From Vicugna vicugna (taxonomy: Eukaryota): a stretch of 64,000 nt of DNA. Location: contig MU058718.1 of NCBI GenBank assembly GCA_013265495.1, forward strand, positions 1 through 64,000, given 5' to 3'. The translations under genes and the position numbers were made by a program. This document shows positions 13,262 through 26,064 of the stretch, piece by piece (position 1 is the stretch's first letter; every line of letters begins with the position of its first letter). The notes below the pieces were generated by a model that saw only the letters and a program-made list of their open reading frames with translations, was not told where the DNA came from and did no database searches.

Positions 13262-13995
13262 GATTAGAAGACTTAATATTAGTAAAATGTTTATACTACT
13301 CAAAGAGATCTACAGAGTCAATGCTATCCCCATCACAATCTCAATGGCATTTTTTACAGAAATAGAAAAAATCCTGAAATTCATATGGACCACAAGAGAC
13401 CCAAAATAGTCAAAGCAATCTTGAGAAAGGAAAACAAAAATGAAGGTATTACACTTCCTGATTTCAAAACATATTATAAAACTACAGTAATTAAAATAAT
13501 ATGATCCTGGCATAAAGACAGATACGTAGACCAATGGAAAAGAATTAAAAGCCCAGAAACAAACACATGCATGTATGGTCAATTGATTTTTGATGAGGAT
13601 GCCAAGAATATACCACTGGGAAAAGATAATCTCTTCAATAAATGATGCTGGGAAAACTGGATATCCACATGCAAAAAAAAAATGAAACTAGACCCCTATA
13701 TTATAGCACACACAAAAAGCAACTCAAAATGGATTAAAGACTTAAATGCAAGACCTGAAACCATAAAATTCCCAGGAAAAAAAAAAGAGGGGTGGGGGAA
13801 AGCTTGACATTGGTCTTAGTAATGCTTTCTTGGTTATGACACCAAAAGCACAGACAACAAAATTAAAAATAGACAATGGGATTACATCAAAATGAAAAGC
13901 TTCTGCACAGCAAAGGAAACAATCAAAAGACTAAAAAGGCAACTTATGAAATGGGAAAAAAATATTTGCAAGCCATATATCTGATAAGGGGTTCG
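13262..13995 (+). mobile_element. L1 ORF2 segment (inverted 5' part of the adjacent L1)
   Basis: + frame RLNISKM..L...[26 protein letters not shown]; continues to ATCTGATAAGGGGTT. Confidence 0.9.
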
Positions 13996-14050
13996 TTTTT
14001 AAACATCCATTTTAAGTCTCATTGGAGGCCTGCAATAAAAAGTCACAGCA

Positions 14051-14166
14051 GGGGGAGCGTATAGCTCAGTGGTAGAGTGCATGCTTAGCATCCACGAGGT
14101 CCTGGGAACCTCCATTAAATAAATAAACTTAACTACCTCTCCCCTAAAATAATAAAAAAAAAAAAG
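14051..14166 (+). mobile_element. Vic-1-like SINE (internal deletion in B-box region)
   Basis: GGGGGAGCGTATAGCTCAGTGGTAGAGTGCATGCTTAGCAT tRNA-like head, A-tail. Confidence 0.9.
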
Positions 14167-14171
14167 ATCAT

Positions 14172-14617
14172 GGGGTGGGAAGGGATAAATTAGGAATTCG
14201 AGATTTGCAAACACTAACTACTATATGTAAAATAGCTAAACAACAAGTTTCTTCTTCTTTTTTTTTCCCAACGCTTTCCTTTATTCCAAACTCCACTGCG
14301 TCTCTCCACCCTCAACCGCATGGGCAGAACTGGTGCACAATTCAAATGCAGCGGGAGATGCCAAGTCCTCCCTACTCCCGGCTTCCCAGTGTAGCAGCCC
14401 GCCCGCCCGTCCTGGTCCCCGTCCCCGTCTCGGAAAGGTAAAATGACAACAAGTTTCTTCTGTATAGCACAGGGAACTATATTCAACATCTTGTAGTAAC
14501 CTATAATGAAAAAGAATATGAAAACAAATATCTGCATGTATATCTATGACTGAAACATTGTGCTGTACACCAGCAATTAACACATCATTGTAAACTGACT
14601 ATACTTCAATTTAAAAA
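14172..14617 (+). mobile_element. young L1 3' tail, interrupted by a retrocopy
   Basis: GGGGTGGGAAGGGATAAATT...TGTATAGCACAGGGAAC...TATACTTCAATTTAAAA. Confidence 0.9.
14255..14445 (-). pseudogene. 5'-truncated processed retrocopy of an unidentified polyadenylated RNA 3' end
   Basis: Exact 15-bp TSD ACAACAAGTTTCTTC (14240-14254, 14446-14460); on - strand AATAAA (14285-14280), 13 nt, then A-rich tail; GC/CpG-rich body. Confidence 0.85.
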
Positions 14618-16523
14618 AAAAAGTCACTAACCCATGAAGTGTCTTCCTCTTGCAAATTGTTCAAGTGTATCCAGAACAATATGGAGCCCACAGAGCGTGG
14701 ACCCAACATTCCACTGACCACTCAGGATTGTGTTCCTGCCGAGTCAAGTCTCCTGGCACCCAGGGTGCCCAGAGCTCTGACTTGGGCTGAGATGCAAGAG
14801 CTATAAGCACGATGGGAAACATGAAAAATAGCAGAAGGAGCCCTTGACTTTGAGGTGTGAAATCAAAAGTAACCAATAATACTTTGCTCTTGTTCACAGG
14901 CACCGCAGTGCATTCCAGAACTGCCATTCCAAATATTAAACAGGAATCTTTGTTCAGAGATTGGCTCAGATGTGCCCATTAAATCTCAGCTTGAAGCTAC
15001 TTCTGCCTATTCCTCCCTCACAAGTCTCATAATGCGTGGCCCTGGGCCCACAGCCCCGCATCATGGTTCTTTATCATATTGAAGAATGATGCTGAACAAC
15101 AACACTACCCAAGAGTGTGAGTGTGATTGGAAAGATGAATGGAAGGTTTGTATTTTGGTTTGTGACTTCAGTCACTGCTTGCCTCTCTGCCTCTCAAGCT
15201 GCCCATTTCAATTCAAATTAAGCCGTGCTTCTCAGACTGTGTGTGCCAACAGGCTGTACGTGCAGCTGCTGCCTTCCATCCATCACAGCCAACTTACCCC
15301 ACTCCAAGTTCCAGGTCAGCATTTCCTGATTGCATTCCTTGTCCCCGTCATGCTTCGAGCTGCCCTACTTCTAGCCATTCATCACGCAGCAATTGTTGCT
15401 GTTAGCTGTCTTTCTCACATGACCAGTCCTGCGAAGTGTACCAGACAGGAAGGCCAGTGGGCTGGCTGCAAGCCAGGATGTTGCCCGGGCTTTGTTAGTG
15501 ACCTTAAGTATCATAGATAAATGCCACTAGTGAAATCTGGGCTAAAGTTGAAGTAATCCCCAAGGACATCAAAGGCCTAGCTCTTTCTCTGCACAGTTAG
15601 AAAGCGTCCTTGATTCCACACTTGGGCTGCAGTGTGGACCAGTGATTCAGCATACAGATTTTGAGTCAGACTACAGAGGTCTGCCACAAACTTGAGAAGT
15701 TACTTTAGCTCTGCTCAGTTAGATAGCTCTGAGGGTCATGTAAGAACTGAATGAGATAATTTATATAGAACACTTAGAACAATGCCTGTCCCATTAGGAG
15801 TCCTATAAGGGTTTGCTATTGCCATTTTTCTGCTCACTCTGCTTAGTATGCTTAGGTTGACCATTTCAGATCACTTATTTATCCCTTCAATCAATATTTA
15901 GTGAGTGCCTATGATGTGCCAGGCACTGTGGACAGTGATCCATTTCCTTGACGGTAAGACTTGGCATGGTTATCTGGAAACCCTCTTGCAATCAAAGCTG
16001 TGCTACTTACTACGGAAGCAATAAGACCCCAGAGAAGAAAGTGCTGACCAGTGTGCCTAGGCAGCAGATCCCTGGGCAGCCTCTCTTGAGTCCCATGCTC
16101 CCAGCACAGCCTAGGGAGAACAGAGGCTGACACAGGACATGGAAGACAGAGTCAGCTGGACCCGATGCTCGCTCCCTCCCCACAACACCCGATTCACCCT
16201 GAAACTGACACGTTCTCAGGTAGAGGAGGAGGTTGGAGGGAGGACAGGGGTAGATGAAGGGGGAGGTGTAGAGGAATCCTGCAAATAGCTAAGGTTATCT
16301 TTCCAGCCAGTGTGGCAAGATGAAGATTCAAGATAGAATTAAATTGAGTTAGAGAAAATTACTAGGGTAAAGCATATGGAATTGCTGATATTTCACAGTT
16401 TTTGACTTATAAAAATCAGCTTCATATGGTTCAACCTGTAAAAGTTACAATATTTCTTGTGTCCCCTCAGTCTGTAAAATAGTCATATCTGCCTCATCTG
16501 TTATAAATTGTTTATTGTCTTAG

Positions 16524-16814
16524 AGAAACTCAGGTATAAGAAATCATAATCAGGAGAACTGGGGTTCAAATTGAAACATTGAGAGGAATTTGGGCTACCC
16601 ATGTTAGAAATTTGATGAATGAGGTCTCCAAAGCCCAGATAACAACTGACATGTGGAAGGCTTATTTATTCAACTCTATAAACCAGCATCAACTGATTGA
16701 ATTTTCTTTCTTTAGTTCACTTTCTAACTGGATCCTAGTAATATTCCTTCACAAAATGGGCTTATTAAAAAGCTCAGGAAGATCTGAGGTCTCCAGAACT
16801 TCTCGGGGACCAAG
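16524..16814 (+). pseudogene. candidate fossil exon (291 nt, phase 2-2)
   Basis: Acceptor TTTTATTGTCTTAG, donor CAAG/GTAAAT; 96 codons with one TAA (16537). Confidence 0.4.
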
Positions 16815-18984
16815 GTAAATTGTGGGCTGTGTTCCTTGACAAATTCTTTATCCTTATTAAATTTTTAGATATAGCCTCATCTGGTTGGATCTAGAATATA
16901 GATTACACATTTTTAAAGAGTGACTCCCTAGATCACCAAGATTATAGACATTTCATCTGCAGTGAATACCAAAACATGCCTCACACATCTTGAAAACAAA
17001 TGTACCCAATGCTCTAGCAAATTTTTTATCTAGAAATTTACTTGAAGAGTATAATTAAAGATGTACTTGAAGATGTAAATACAAAATTCATATTAGAGAA
17101 AATAGCAACTAGAATAATTCGAGTGGGGTTAATTTACAAAGGTATGGAGGAGTTGTAGGAAAACCACAAACAGTGGTGTGGATACCCAGAGCTTCCAGCA
17201 GCAGCAGAACTGTCCCCGTTAGGCCCAGTAAAAAAAGACAAGGGAAGGACTGCTTTTGAGAACTAGGAAGAAAGGGTGGTGTAGGGTTAGCCTCATAAGG
17301 ATAGAGACTTTCAGTTATGGAGCACAGCCAGCTCTAGGAGATCTGAAAAGGAGGGAGCCGGGATGAATACTCTGACCTCACTCCTGTCCTTTGCTCCAGT
17401 CTTCTGCTGGGGCTGGACCTAACAGGAAGCTAGAGGGCAAAGGAACGAGTTATTATACTCCATAAAGAGAGTGGAGTTGAGAAAAGGATGGAGAAGAGTA
17501 GGAAGTGGATCTGGAGGAATAAAAGATTTCCAACATAAAGATGTTCATTGCAGCACTGTTTATAATAACAAAAGATTAGAAATAGCCCACGTGTCCCAAA
17601 CTAGGGGAATTTTTTTTTAACAATTTAAGGTACACGTACCAAGTGAAATCCAGTGCAACCATTACAAATATTAATGTAAAAAGGCTCACAAAGCAAACTG
17701 TATAACATGCCTTATCTTTTGTTTTAAAAACTATATATGGATATCAATATGTGTTTTTATATGTGTATATATACACATACAGTACATGCGCACACATTCA
17801 TAGGGAAAAAAAGGTTTAAAGTATATGCACCAAGATGTTAATGGCAGTTATCATAGGGAGAGTAGAGTTATAGTTAATTTTATGCAGGGTTTTTTTGTTT
17901 TTGAGGAAGGAAGGTTTAATGTAAAAAGTTACTAACTATAGCAGAGGATTGGAGTAACAAGGATTCAGCTGATAAGAAACAAGAACTCTAAAGAATATAA
18001 GAAGGGCAGATACAAGGAGCTGCCACAACCCCTAAGTCTGAGACAGTAGGCCAAAGGACCTCCCCACCCCACCCTCTCATGTGGCAGGGAGGATACTGAA
18101 CTGCTGCTGTGCTGTTGAAACTTGCGCAAAGTGTACTTTCCAGGTTTCTGGGTAAACCAGAAGTGTTCTGTTGCAAAACCACTGGAGGGGTTGGATGGGG
18201 CTATTGGGGGAAGCTTCTGGCCACAGGAGCCTGCCAAGGCAGTGCACTGGAACAAGGGAGGAAAATCCCATCCATCTGCAATGAAACTTCAGCTTCCTGT
18301 ACTGATAAAGTTTAACACGTTTATCAGCTGGCAAAGGAAGATTATATATCTCCATTTTTGCAGAACAGGCAATGAAGTATGAATCTGAAGCTGAAAAGTG
18401 ATAAACTGGTAAGTGGCACACACTCTAAAACCTACCACCCAGAAGGACTGCGTATGAACACACACACCTATGTATCCGGTTTATAACCTGCTATTTTCCT
18501 GTGGTAGATGCTGTGGGTATCTTTCTATGTCAATAAATATAGCTCTACATCAACATTTTTCATTGCTGAATAGTATATATACACTCTGTTTTATGTAACT
18601 GATTTCCTATCAGTAAACATTTAAATTGTATCCTATTTTTATGAACAATGCTATGTTAAACTTCTTTAAATAATTATTTTCCCATATTAAATTACTAGAA
18701 GTTGAATTGTTGGATTAACAGTTCTGTGTTAAATTGCTAAGGGTACCTGTTGGATGCATTATTTATTTGATTTAGTAAAAAGTGCATTTTTCATTTTATG
18801 TATTTCTCAAACATGCGTGAAAAAGATGTAACTCAAGCTATCTGATCTGGAATCCAAGTTAAATAAGGTCAGATACCAATGTGGTTCCAGGAGGAATATA
18901 TCAGAGAGCCATGTATCCTGGCCAAGAAAGCTAATTGTCAAAGATGGCACCTACTCTGGCTTTTCACTAAAGTAGCATACAGGA

Positions 18985-20990
18985 TTTTTTTTTTAATTAA
19001 TGAACTTTATTTTTTCGAGCAGTTTTATTAAGGTTCGTGCAAAACTGAACAAAAGTACAGAAAATTCTCCTATACCCCCTGTCCCCACACACATGCAACC
19101 TCCTCCGCTATCAACAACCCTCACCAGAGTGGGACATTTGTTACAATCGATTAAACTACATTGACACATCGTTACCACTCAAAGTTCATAATTTACATTA
19201 GAGTTCACTCTTGGAGTTGTACAGTTCTATGAGTTTTGACAAATGTATAATCACATGTATCCACATTGTAGTATCACATAGAATAGTTTTACTTCCTTAA
19301 AAATCTTCTGTGCTCTCTTCATCCCTCCTTCTCTGCTAACCCTGGGGAAGCACTAATCATTTTACTGTTTCCATAGTTCTGCTTTTCCCAGAATGTCATA
19401 TAGTTGAAATCCTACAATACTTAGCCTTTTCAGATTGCCTTTTTTTTCTTGGTAATATGTATTTAAGTTTCTTTCATGTCTTTTCATGGCTTGATAGCTC
19501 ATTTCTTTTTAATATTCCATTGTCTGGCTATACCAGTGTATTTATCCCTCTTGGTTGCTTCCAAGTTTTGGCAGTTATGAGTAAAGTTGCTATAAAAGCC
19601 CATGTACAGGTTTTTGTGTGGACATAAGTTTTCAATTCATTTGTGTAAATACCAAGGAGTGAGATTTTTGGATCACATGGTAAGAGTATATTTTGTTTTG
19701 TTAGAAACTGCCGAGCTGTCTTCCAAAGTGGCCGAACCATTTTGTATTCCCACCAGCAATGAATGAGAGAATTCCTGTTGCTCCACATCCTCAAAAGCAT
19801 TTGGTGTTTTGTCAGTGTTTTGGATTTTGGCCACTCCAACAGATGCATAATAGTAGCTCATTGATGTTTTAATTTGCAGTTCTCTAACGATGTTGAACAC
19901 TTTTTCATGTGCTTAGTTACCATCTGTTTATCTTCTTTGTGAGCTGTCAAGAGCTTCTGCCCATTTTCTAATCAGGTTGTTTTTTTACTGTTGAGTTTGA
20001 AATGTTTCTTGTATCTTGGATAATAGTCCTTTATAGTTGCATCTTTTGCAAATATTTCCTCCTAGTCTATGGCTTGTTTTCTTATTCTCTTGTCAGTGTC
20101 CTTTACAGAGCAGATGTTTTTAATTTTAATGAAATCCAGCTTACAAGTTTTTCCTTTCATGCATTATGCCTTTGGTGTTGTGTCTAAAAAGTCATCATCA
20201 CCCAAGATCACCTGGGTTTTCTCCTGTGTTGTCTTCTAGGAATTTCAGAGTTTTGTGGTTCATATTTAGATCTGATCCATTTTTTTGTAAAGAGTGTAAA
20301 GGTCTGTCTCTAAATTCATCTTTTTGCATATAGATACCTAGTTATTCAGCAACATTTGTTGAAAAGAGTATCGTTACTCCTTTGTTAAAGATCATTCAAT
20401 TATAGTTATGTGGGTGTATTTCTGGGCTTTTTGTTCTGTTCCACTGACCTATTTGTCAATTGTTTTGCCAACACACTCTGTCTTGATTACTATAGCTTTG
20501 TCATAAATCTTAAAGTTGGGTAATGTCAGTCTTCCAACTTTGTTCTTCTCTTTCAGTATTGTGTTGCCTACTCTGTGTCTTTTGTCTCTCCATATAAACT
20601 CTAGAATCAGTTTGTGCATATCCATAAATAACTTGCTGGGATTTTGTCTGGAATTGCATTGAATCCATAGTTCAAATTGAACCTATAGGCCAATCTATAA
20701 TCTCTTGACAATATTGAGTCTTCCTATCCATGAATATGAAATATTTCCATTTATTTAGTTCTTTTTTGTTATTTGTATCAGTTTTATAGTTTTCCTCATA
20801 AAGATCTTATACATATTTTGTTAGATTTATACCCAAGTGTTTCATTTTGGTGGGTGCTTATATAAATGATAATGTGTTTTAGATTTCACGTTACAGTTGT
20901 TCACTACTCATATATAGGAAAGTTACTGACTTTTATGTATTAACCTTGGAGCCTGTCACTTTGTTTCAATTGCTTATTAGTTTCAGGATT
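18985..20990 (-). mobile_element. L1 (L1MA/MC-like) about 2 kb 3' fragment
   Basis: - frames LIHCWWEYKMVRPLWKT, KTYVHTKTCTWAFIATL..TAKTWKQP; L1 3'UTR at the left end. Confidence 0.9.
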
Positions 20991-20997
20991 TTTTTTC

Positions 20998-21181
20998 TTT
21001 TTTTTTTTAACTTTTTTTATTGAGTTATAGTTATTTTACAATGTTGTGTTAAATTCCAGTGTAGAGCACAATTTTTCAGTTATACATGAACATACATATA
21101 TTCTTTGTCACATTTTTTTTTCGCTGTGAGCAACCACAAGATTTTGTATATATTTCCCTGTGCTATAGAGTATAATCTTGT
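20998..21181 (-). mobile_element. young L1 3' tail
   Basis: Antisense TTTATTGAGTTATAG...TTTCCCTGTGCTATA; flanked by AGGATTTTTTTT duplication; resembles 26354-26573. Confidence 0.85.
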
Positions 21182-21444
21182 AGGATTTTTTTTTTCTTGC
21201 TTAAATTTTCCAGCAGAATAAAACAGGGTTGTTTTACTGCTGTTCTCCAACAAAACCCCCTCCCAATCTTATTAACTATACTTTTGTATCATCTGGATAA
21301 CCCTAATCAATCTTTAAATTTCATTAAATATCTCCTCTTTATACAGTCCTTCCCTATCACCTATATCAGTTTAAGAACCCCTTGGCTTATATCCTTATAG
21401 ATCCTTATTTTTATCATAATACTAATACTTTACTTTGATTCTTA

Positions 21445-21567
21445 ATTAAAATTCTGTCTGCCTCATGGTAATGTAAAGTTCATTGAGGTCAAGGACCTTG
21501 TCTGCCATGTTCATCACTGACACATAGTATAGACTCTCAATGAATATCTGTTGAATGAATGAATGAT
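21445..21567 (+). mobile_element. L2 3' end
   Basis: GTAAAGTTCATTGAGGTCAAGGACCTTGTC...CTCAATGAATATCTGTTGAATGAATGAATG. Confidence 0.75.
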
Positions 21568-22238
21568 TGTACCTCCCTTTTTTGTATCCTTGACCTTTTG
21601 CAGAAAGTCTCAATCTTTGCTTCATGTGATTGTTTAAAATTCACCTAAAGGACAGGTCTTGAAGAAGTTCATTCCCTCCAATACACCGTATAAATGTAGA
21701 CCTCTATTACCAAGTGCCCTAGGAAAAAGGCTTCTCTTTATTCTCCTGGTCCCAGAACTTCCTCTTCCTTCTAGAATAAGTTCTTTTGGTTTTAATTTGT
21801 ATTTCCCTAATAACATTGATGTTGAGCATTTTTTAATGTGTTGAAATTTTAATGTCACACCATTTCATGCCCTCTCTCAGTTGGTTATCTTTTTACTTAG
21901 CTCTTAAATGTGCTTTAGTAATGATTTAGAAATAATTAAGCACTTATTAGGCAAAAATCTTAGAAGTATTATCTTCTCATGAAATTAAAACTACTGAGTA
22001 ACTTTCAATGTAGAGGAATTCTAATTATCAGAATGACTCAACACAGTATTCATAAAGTATATCCAAGGTGCATGGTTAACATGAGATTAGTGAGATTGTT
22101 TATAATAGGCAGGTATTCTTTTTCATCTTTATGAACCAACTTGGATTAAGAACCTATATGCACTGTAATAATTCAGAGACTGTTCCCTTCAAAAATGTAG
22201 GTATACTATGATACATCTACCTCAGGAAGTCCATATAA

Positions 22239-22556
22239 TTAGGTCTTCAGGGCATGCATGGACATGAAGTCTAACAAACTAATTTGCTTAGAAGCAAGTT
22301 TCTTAACCATGGAAATACTTCTTCTGAAACTTCCAGAAACTCCAAATATCATCAAGGTCTGCTGAGGCACCTGGATGGTAATAAGAGCCATTTGAATACA
22401 GATTCATCTTCCTTCAAACGCCGAAACTCTCATAGACTAGTTCATGCATAAAATATGTTTTCATGCTTCCAATCACTTCAGGATAAATTTCCTGTGCCAA
22501 AGAAGTAAAAGAGACAAGGCAACTACTTCACGAGGCTTGGAAGACAAGGGAAGTGA
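22239..22556 (+). pseudogene. candidate fossil coding segment C
   Basis: 106 codons, 3 internal TAA stops: ...QTNLLRSKFLNHGNTSSETSRNSKYHQGLLRHLDGNKSHLNTDSSSFKRRNSHRLVHA... Confidence 0.35.
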
Positions 22557-22679
22557 AAATTTTAGTATAAAGGACTCAAGTGTAAAATTTTATTCTTTTT
22601 AAAAAATTATTATAATATTTTAGTTAGCAAAAATAGTGGCAGAAGTGGTGTCTCAGTACCTTGTCACATATATTAATAA

Positions 22680-22885
22680 AAATAATAATTATACTATCTT
22701 TTATTGCATGTTTACATGGTGATGTCAGATACTATTGTAAGTACTTGGCATAAATTAATGCATTTATTTCTTACAACTACCCCAAGAGGAGTCACTTTTT
22801 TTATTCCCATTTTACAGATAGGGGAAACTGAGACATAAAGATGTTGAGCAACTTGCCCAAGGTCCCAGTGGAGGATAAGTAGTTA
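22680..22885 (-). mobile_element. MIR
   Basis: CCCATTTTACAGATAGGGGAAACTGAGAC...ACTTGCCCAAGGTC. Confidence 0.85.
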
Positions 22886-23464
22886 AATAGATATGGACAG
22901 GCACCACTACATCAGGTGACAGCTGCTGTCAGGAGCTGATACTGCAGCTGATGACCAGCTGATAACCTGATGACCAGCCTGACCTGTAGAGCTTTTTGAA
23001 ACTGTGATTCCCAGGCTCCAGCTCCAGGGTTCCAGTTGGTCAGTCTAGAATTTGCTTTGTTTTTATGGGTCCCCTACGTGATCCTGAGCATTGACTGGTT
23101 TACCAGCATCAGGCTGGTTTCCACTGGTGATTTAGCAATGCCTTTATGCTGGTTCCAAACCACCCTGCAGAGAGATCAAAGTTTCCAAGGATCCTTAGCA
23201 AGTTCCTCTTCATGGCAAGGAGGGGTTAAGACAACACATATCTCTTGGACATGTAATTTGTCAGAGGCAGGTTACTACTTCTTTTAGCAGTTTCAAGTAC
23301 GATAAGTAAAAGCCAGGGTTTGTATTTTGTTTACATATCATACTTCTCATACCTGACCTCATCTTCCATTAAAATTTATTTTAACCATTATCCACATTGT
23401 ACATTGATTGATATTATTCCTACAGTGAGACTTGTCATCTTATTATTTATTTTCTTGGTTTCCC

Positions 23465-23865
23465 CCAAATGCTGGTGATAACCAAATTTATATTTCTACC
23501 CTAGTCCTTGAACTCCTGGTCTGAATATCAAATGACACTGGAAATTTCTTCCTGGAAGAGCCTCTGATTGAACGTGTCTGAAACTGATCTCCATGCACCA
23601 CACCCCAACCAAACCTGTTACTTCTCCTACACTCCCTTTCTCAGCGATTGGCCCCACCACCCACTCAGTAGCGCAACCTAGATGCTGGGAGATATTTGGA
23701 CTCTACTCTTTCCCCCACTTCCCATGACCCAACAGTCACCTACTTCCCGTCTCTCATAGCCACTCCGTTCCCACTGCCATCAGTTCACATACCATCACCT
23801 CTTGCCTGGACATGGCAGTGGTCTCCCAGCTCCCTGTCTCTGGGCTGCACTACTGCCTGAGTGCT
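23465..23865 (+). mobile_element. L2 fragment
   Basis: GCTGGTGATAACCAAATTTATATTTCTACCC...AACGTGTCTGAAACTGA...ACCATCACCTCTTGCCTGGAC. Confidence 0.65.
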
Positions 23866-23927
23866 CTTTCTCTTTCTTTACTTTCTTTTTGTTGGAGATT
23901 TTATTTTTGTTGTACATTTTTTTTTAT

Positions 23928-24740
23928 AAATAAGAGAAAATCAAACAAAGTTTAATAACATGTATACATAGCAGAGATTCAGAAAAACTAAGTAACTGGC
24001 CAAAATGGTCTCAAATACCATTTTTGTCTAAAGACAAAAGAGGATGTTGAGGGTGGGGAGGGTCAGTTGTGGGAGGTTGTGGGAGCGCATGATTGGGTTA
24101 ACAAATTGTAACAATCCCAGCCACTTATCTCCTTAAAGAAGAGGTGCTTAGTAACTGCCTTGAGGTTTTAGCAATGACCCAGGCCCCCGGCTATAAACGC
24201 TGGGCGTGCCTGCTGTTAGTCTTCTATCCCCAAAACAGCCTTGGGCTGGAATGGTAAAAAGCTGCAGACTCAGAGGTGAGAAGGCTGGTTAGCCAATGAC
24301 TGCTAAGATCCCCTGAGGGGGCAACCTAAGACAGGCACAGTCACCTGAGTCCAGGAAAATCTTGTCAAGTAGCTGATTCTCATACATTCCGCCCTGATAA
24401 GCTGATAGGCTCAACGTGATTATGATTCACCAAAAAGGGTCTTTTAACCTTAAGCCAAACACCAACAATAAACAAAGCCTTTGTACTCATTGTGATCCCA
24501 CCCTGTCCTTCCCTAAATTCCTCCTTCGACTGTACTCAATAAATATGAGAGATTTGAGAGGCTCGTGGAGTTGTCTCCCAACTCCCTCTCGCTCTCTTGA
24601 CTTTTCCCCAGAGTCTTTAGTAATTCATTCCGTGTCGGTGGGACTTCTTCTGGCCAGAACCCACAACTGGTGACAAACCCACAGGAGGTTACCAGGCAAA
24701 GCACAGTAAACAGATGTAAGATTGTGATGCAGATTTCAGT
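23928..24740 (-). mobile_element. ERV1-type LTR fragment (MER41-like) hosting a younger LTR
   Basis: ATAAGAGAAAATCAAACAAAGTTTAATAACATGTAT...CTAAAGACAAAAGAGGATG...GGGAGGT/TACCAGGCAAAGCACAGTAAACA is continuous once 24078-24689 is removed. Confidence 0.65.
24078..24683 (+). mobile_element. solo LTR, ERVK-like (copy 1, 606 bp)
   Basis: TG...CA termini (TGTGGG...CCCACA), 6-bp TSD GGAGGT (24072-24077, 24684-24689), AATAAA on +. Confidence 0.9.
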
Positions 24741-25925
24741 ATGTGCCCAGTTGTACACTTTTGAATCCAAGTTTAACTTTTTTTAAATGTTATATGTCAA
24801 ATATAACAAATGAATACAAACTGTGTTCTGACAACCAGTTTTATCAAAATCTTAACATTGTCATACCTGCCATTTTATTGAAAGACATGAAGTTATAGAT
24901 ATAGAAGTAAATATAGATACATATATTTAAGCCCACCTTGGCTATCCTGTCCCCCATTCCCAAGTCCCTCCTTCCCCAACACTTTCTCATGAATTTGTTA
25001 TTATCAATTTCATGTATGTTTTATGCTTTCTCTAGACATGTACAAATCAATAAACAATTTAAAGCATTGCTTAGTAGGATTTTAAATTTTACTAAAATGA
25101 CATCTACTATACATACCCTCTGCCACCTGCTTGCCTCTCTCAATTTTATTTTTTCTTCCTGTTGACACATGTTGCCCTAATTCAGTCACATTAACTACCA
25201 TATGGTATTTTGTCATGTGACTATATCACTATTTATTTATTTGTTCTCTGTCGAAGGACATTTAGGAGTTTTTGCTAATGCAGACAGTTCGGCATTGCTC
25301 TCTTTGAGCAGATGTTTGAGTTTCTCTAAGTTATATTCTCAAGAGTGGCATTACTCTCCTGGTCTCCTGAGCCAGGGAGACAAATAGTTTCCTGCCTCCC
25401 TTTGTCTACACTGCTGTCAGAGTAATTTTTCTGAAATGCAAATCTGATCCTGTCCCCCTTTCTAAGTCTCTCCAAAGGAACAAAGCCGCCATTCCTCAGT
25501 AAGATACTCAAGGCCCCTGTGCTCTGCCTTGCTTCCTTCACCAGCCTTCCCCCAACTTCCACACCAAACCCTGCCCATGCCCAGCTTTCTCAGAATTGCT
25601 CCCTGCTTCCCCACAGGCTGGGTGTGTCCTATCTCCCACCCATTTACCCATTCTTCTCTCTTTCTTGGACTGTCCCACCCTCAACCCTTCCCCTCCATTC
25701 TTCCTGCTTGAAACATGTAATTGTTTTCCAAGGGTCACCCATTCACCAAAACCTTTCCTCACCTGCCAGAGTGACAGGTTTGAATCCCATCTCCACTACT
25801 TAGTAACAAGGACAAATCTTTAAAGTTCTCTGAGCTCAGTTTCCTTATCTACCAACCAAATGAAGATAATAATAAATCCTATCAGAAGGGTTAAATTTGA
25901 TTGTTGATATTGACTTAGGGGGGTG

Positions 25926-26064
25926 TTTTTTGTGGGTTTTGGGGGGCTTGGGGGGACTAATTAGGTTTATTTACATATTTATTTTTTAATGGAGGTACTG
26001 GGTATAGAACCTAGGACCTCGTGCATGCTAAGTACACACTCTAATATTGAGCTATACCCACCCC
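25926..26064 (-). mobile_element. Vic-1-like SINE
   Basis: Antisense AATTAGGTTTATTT...GGAGGTACTGGG...GAACCTAGGACCTCGTGCATGCTAAG...GAGCTATACCC. Confidence 0.9.

Noticed and set aside
14051..14110. tRNA gene (also at the other SINE heads)
   Set aside because: Heads are diverged and followed by SINE body, A-tail and usually TSDs
15086..15520. 144-aa + strand ORF
   Set aside because: No recognisable domain or splice context; GC-richer sequence where long ORFs arise by chance
22900..23000. Short CTGATGACCAGC repeats as a CRISPR-like or C/D snoRNA feature
   Set aside because: Only two to three degenerate units without spacers or stem, adjoining a MER5-like remnant
24416..24673. Duplicated 85-92-aa ORF also seen at 39724-40002
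   Set aside because: Both lie inside the paired LTRs; similarity reflects LTR identity
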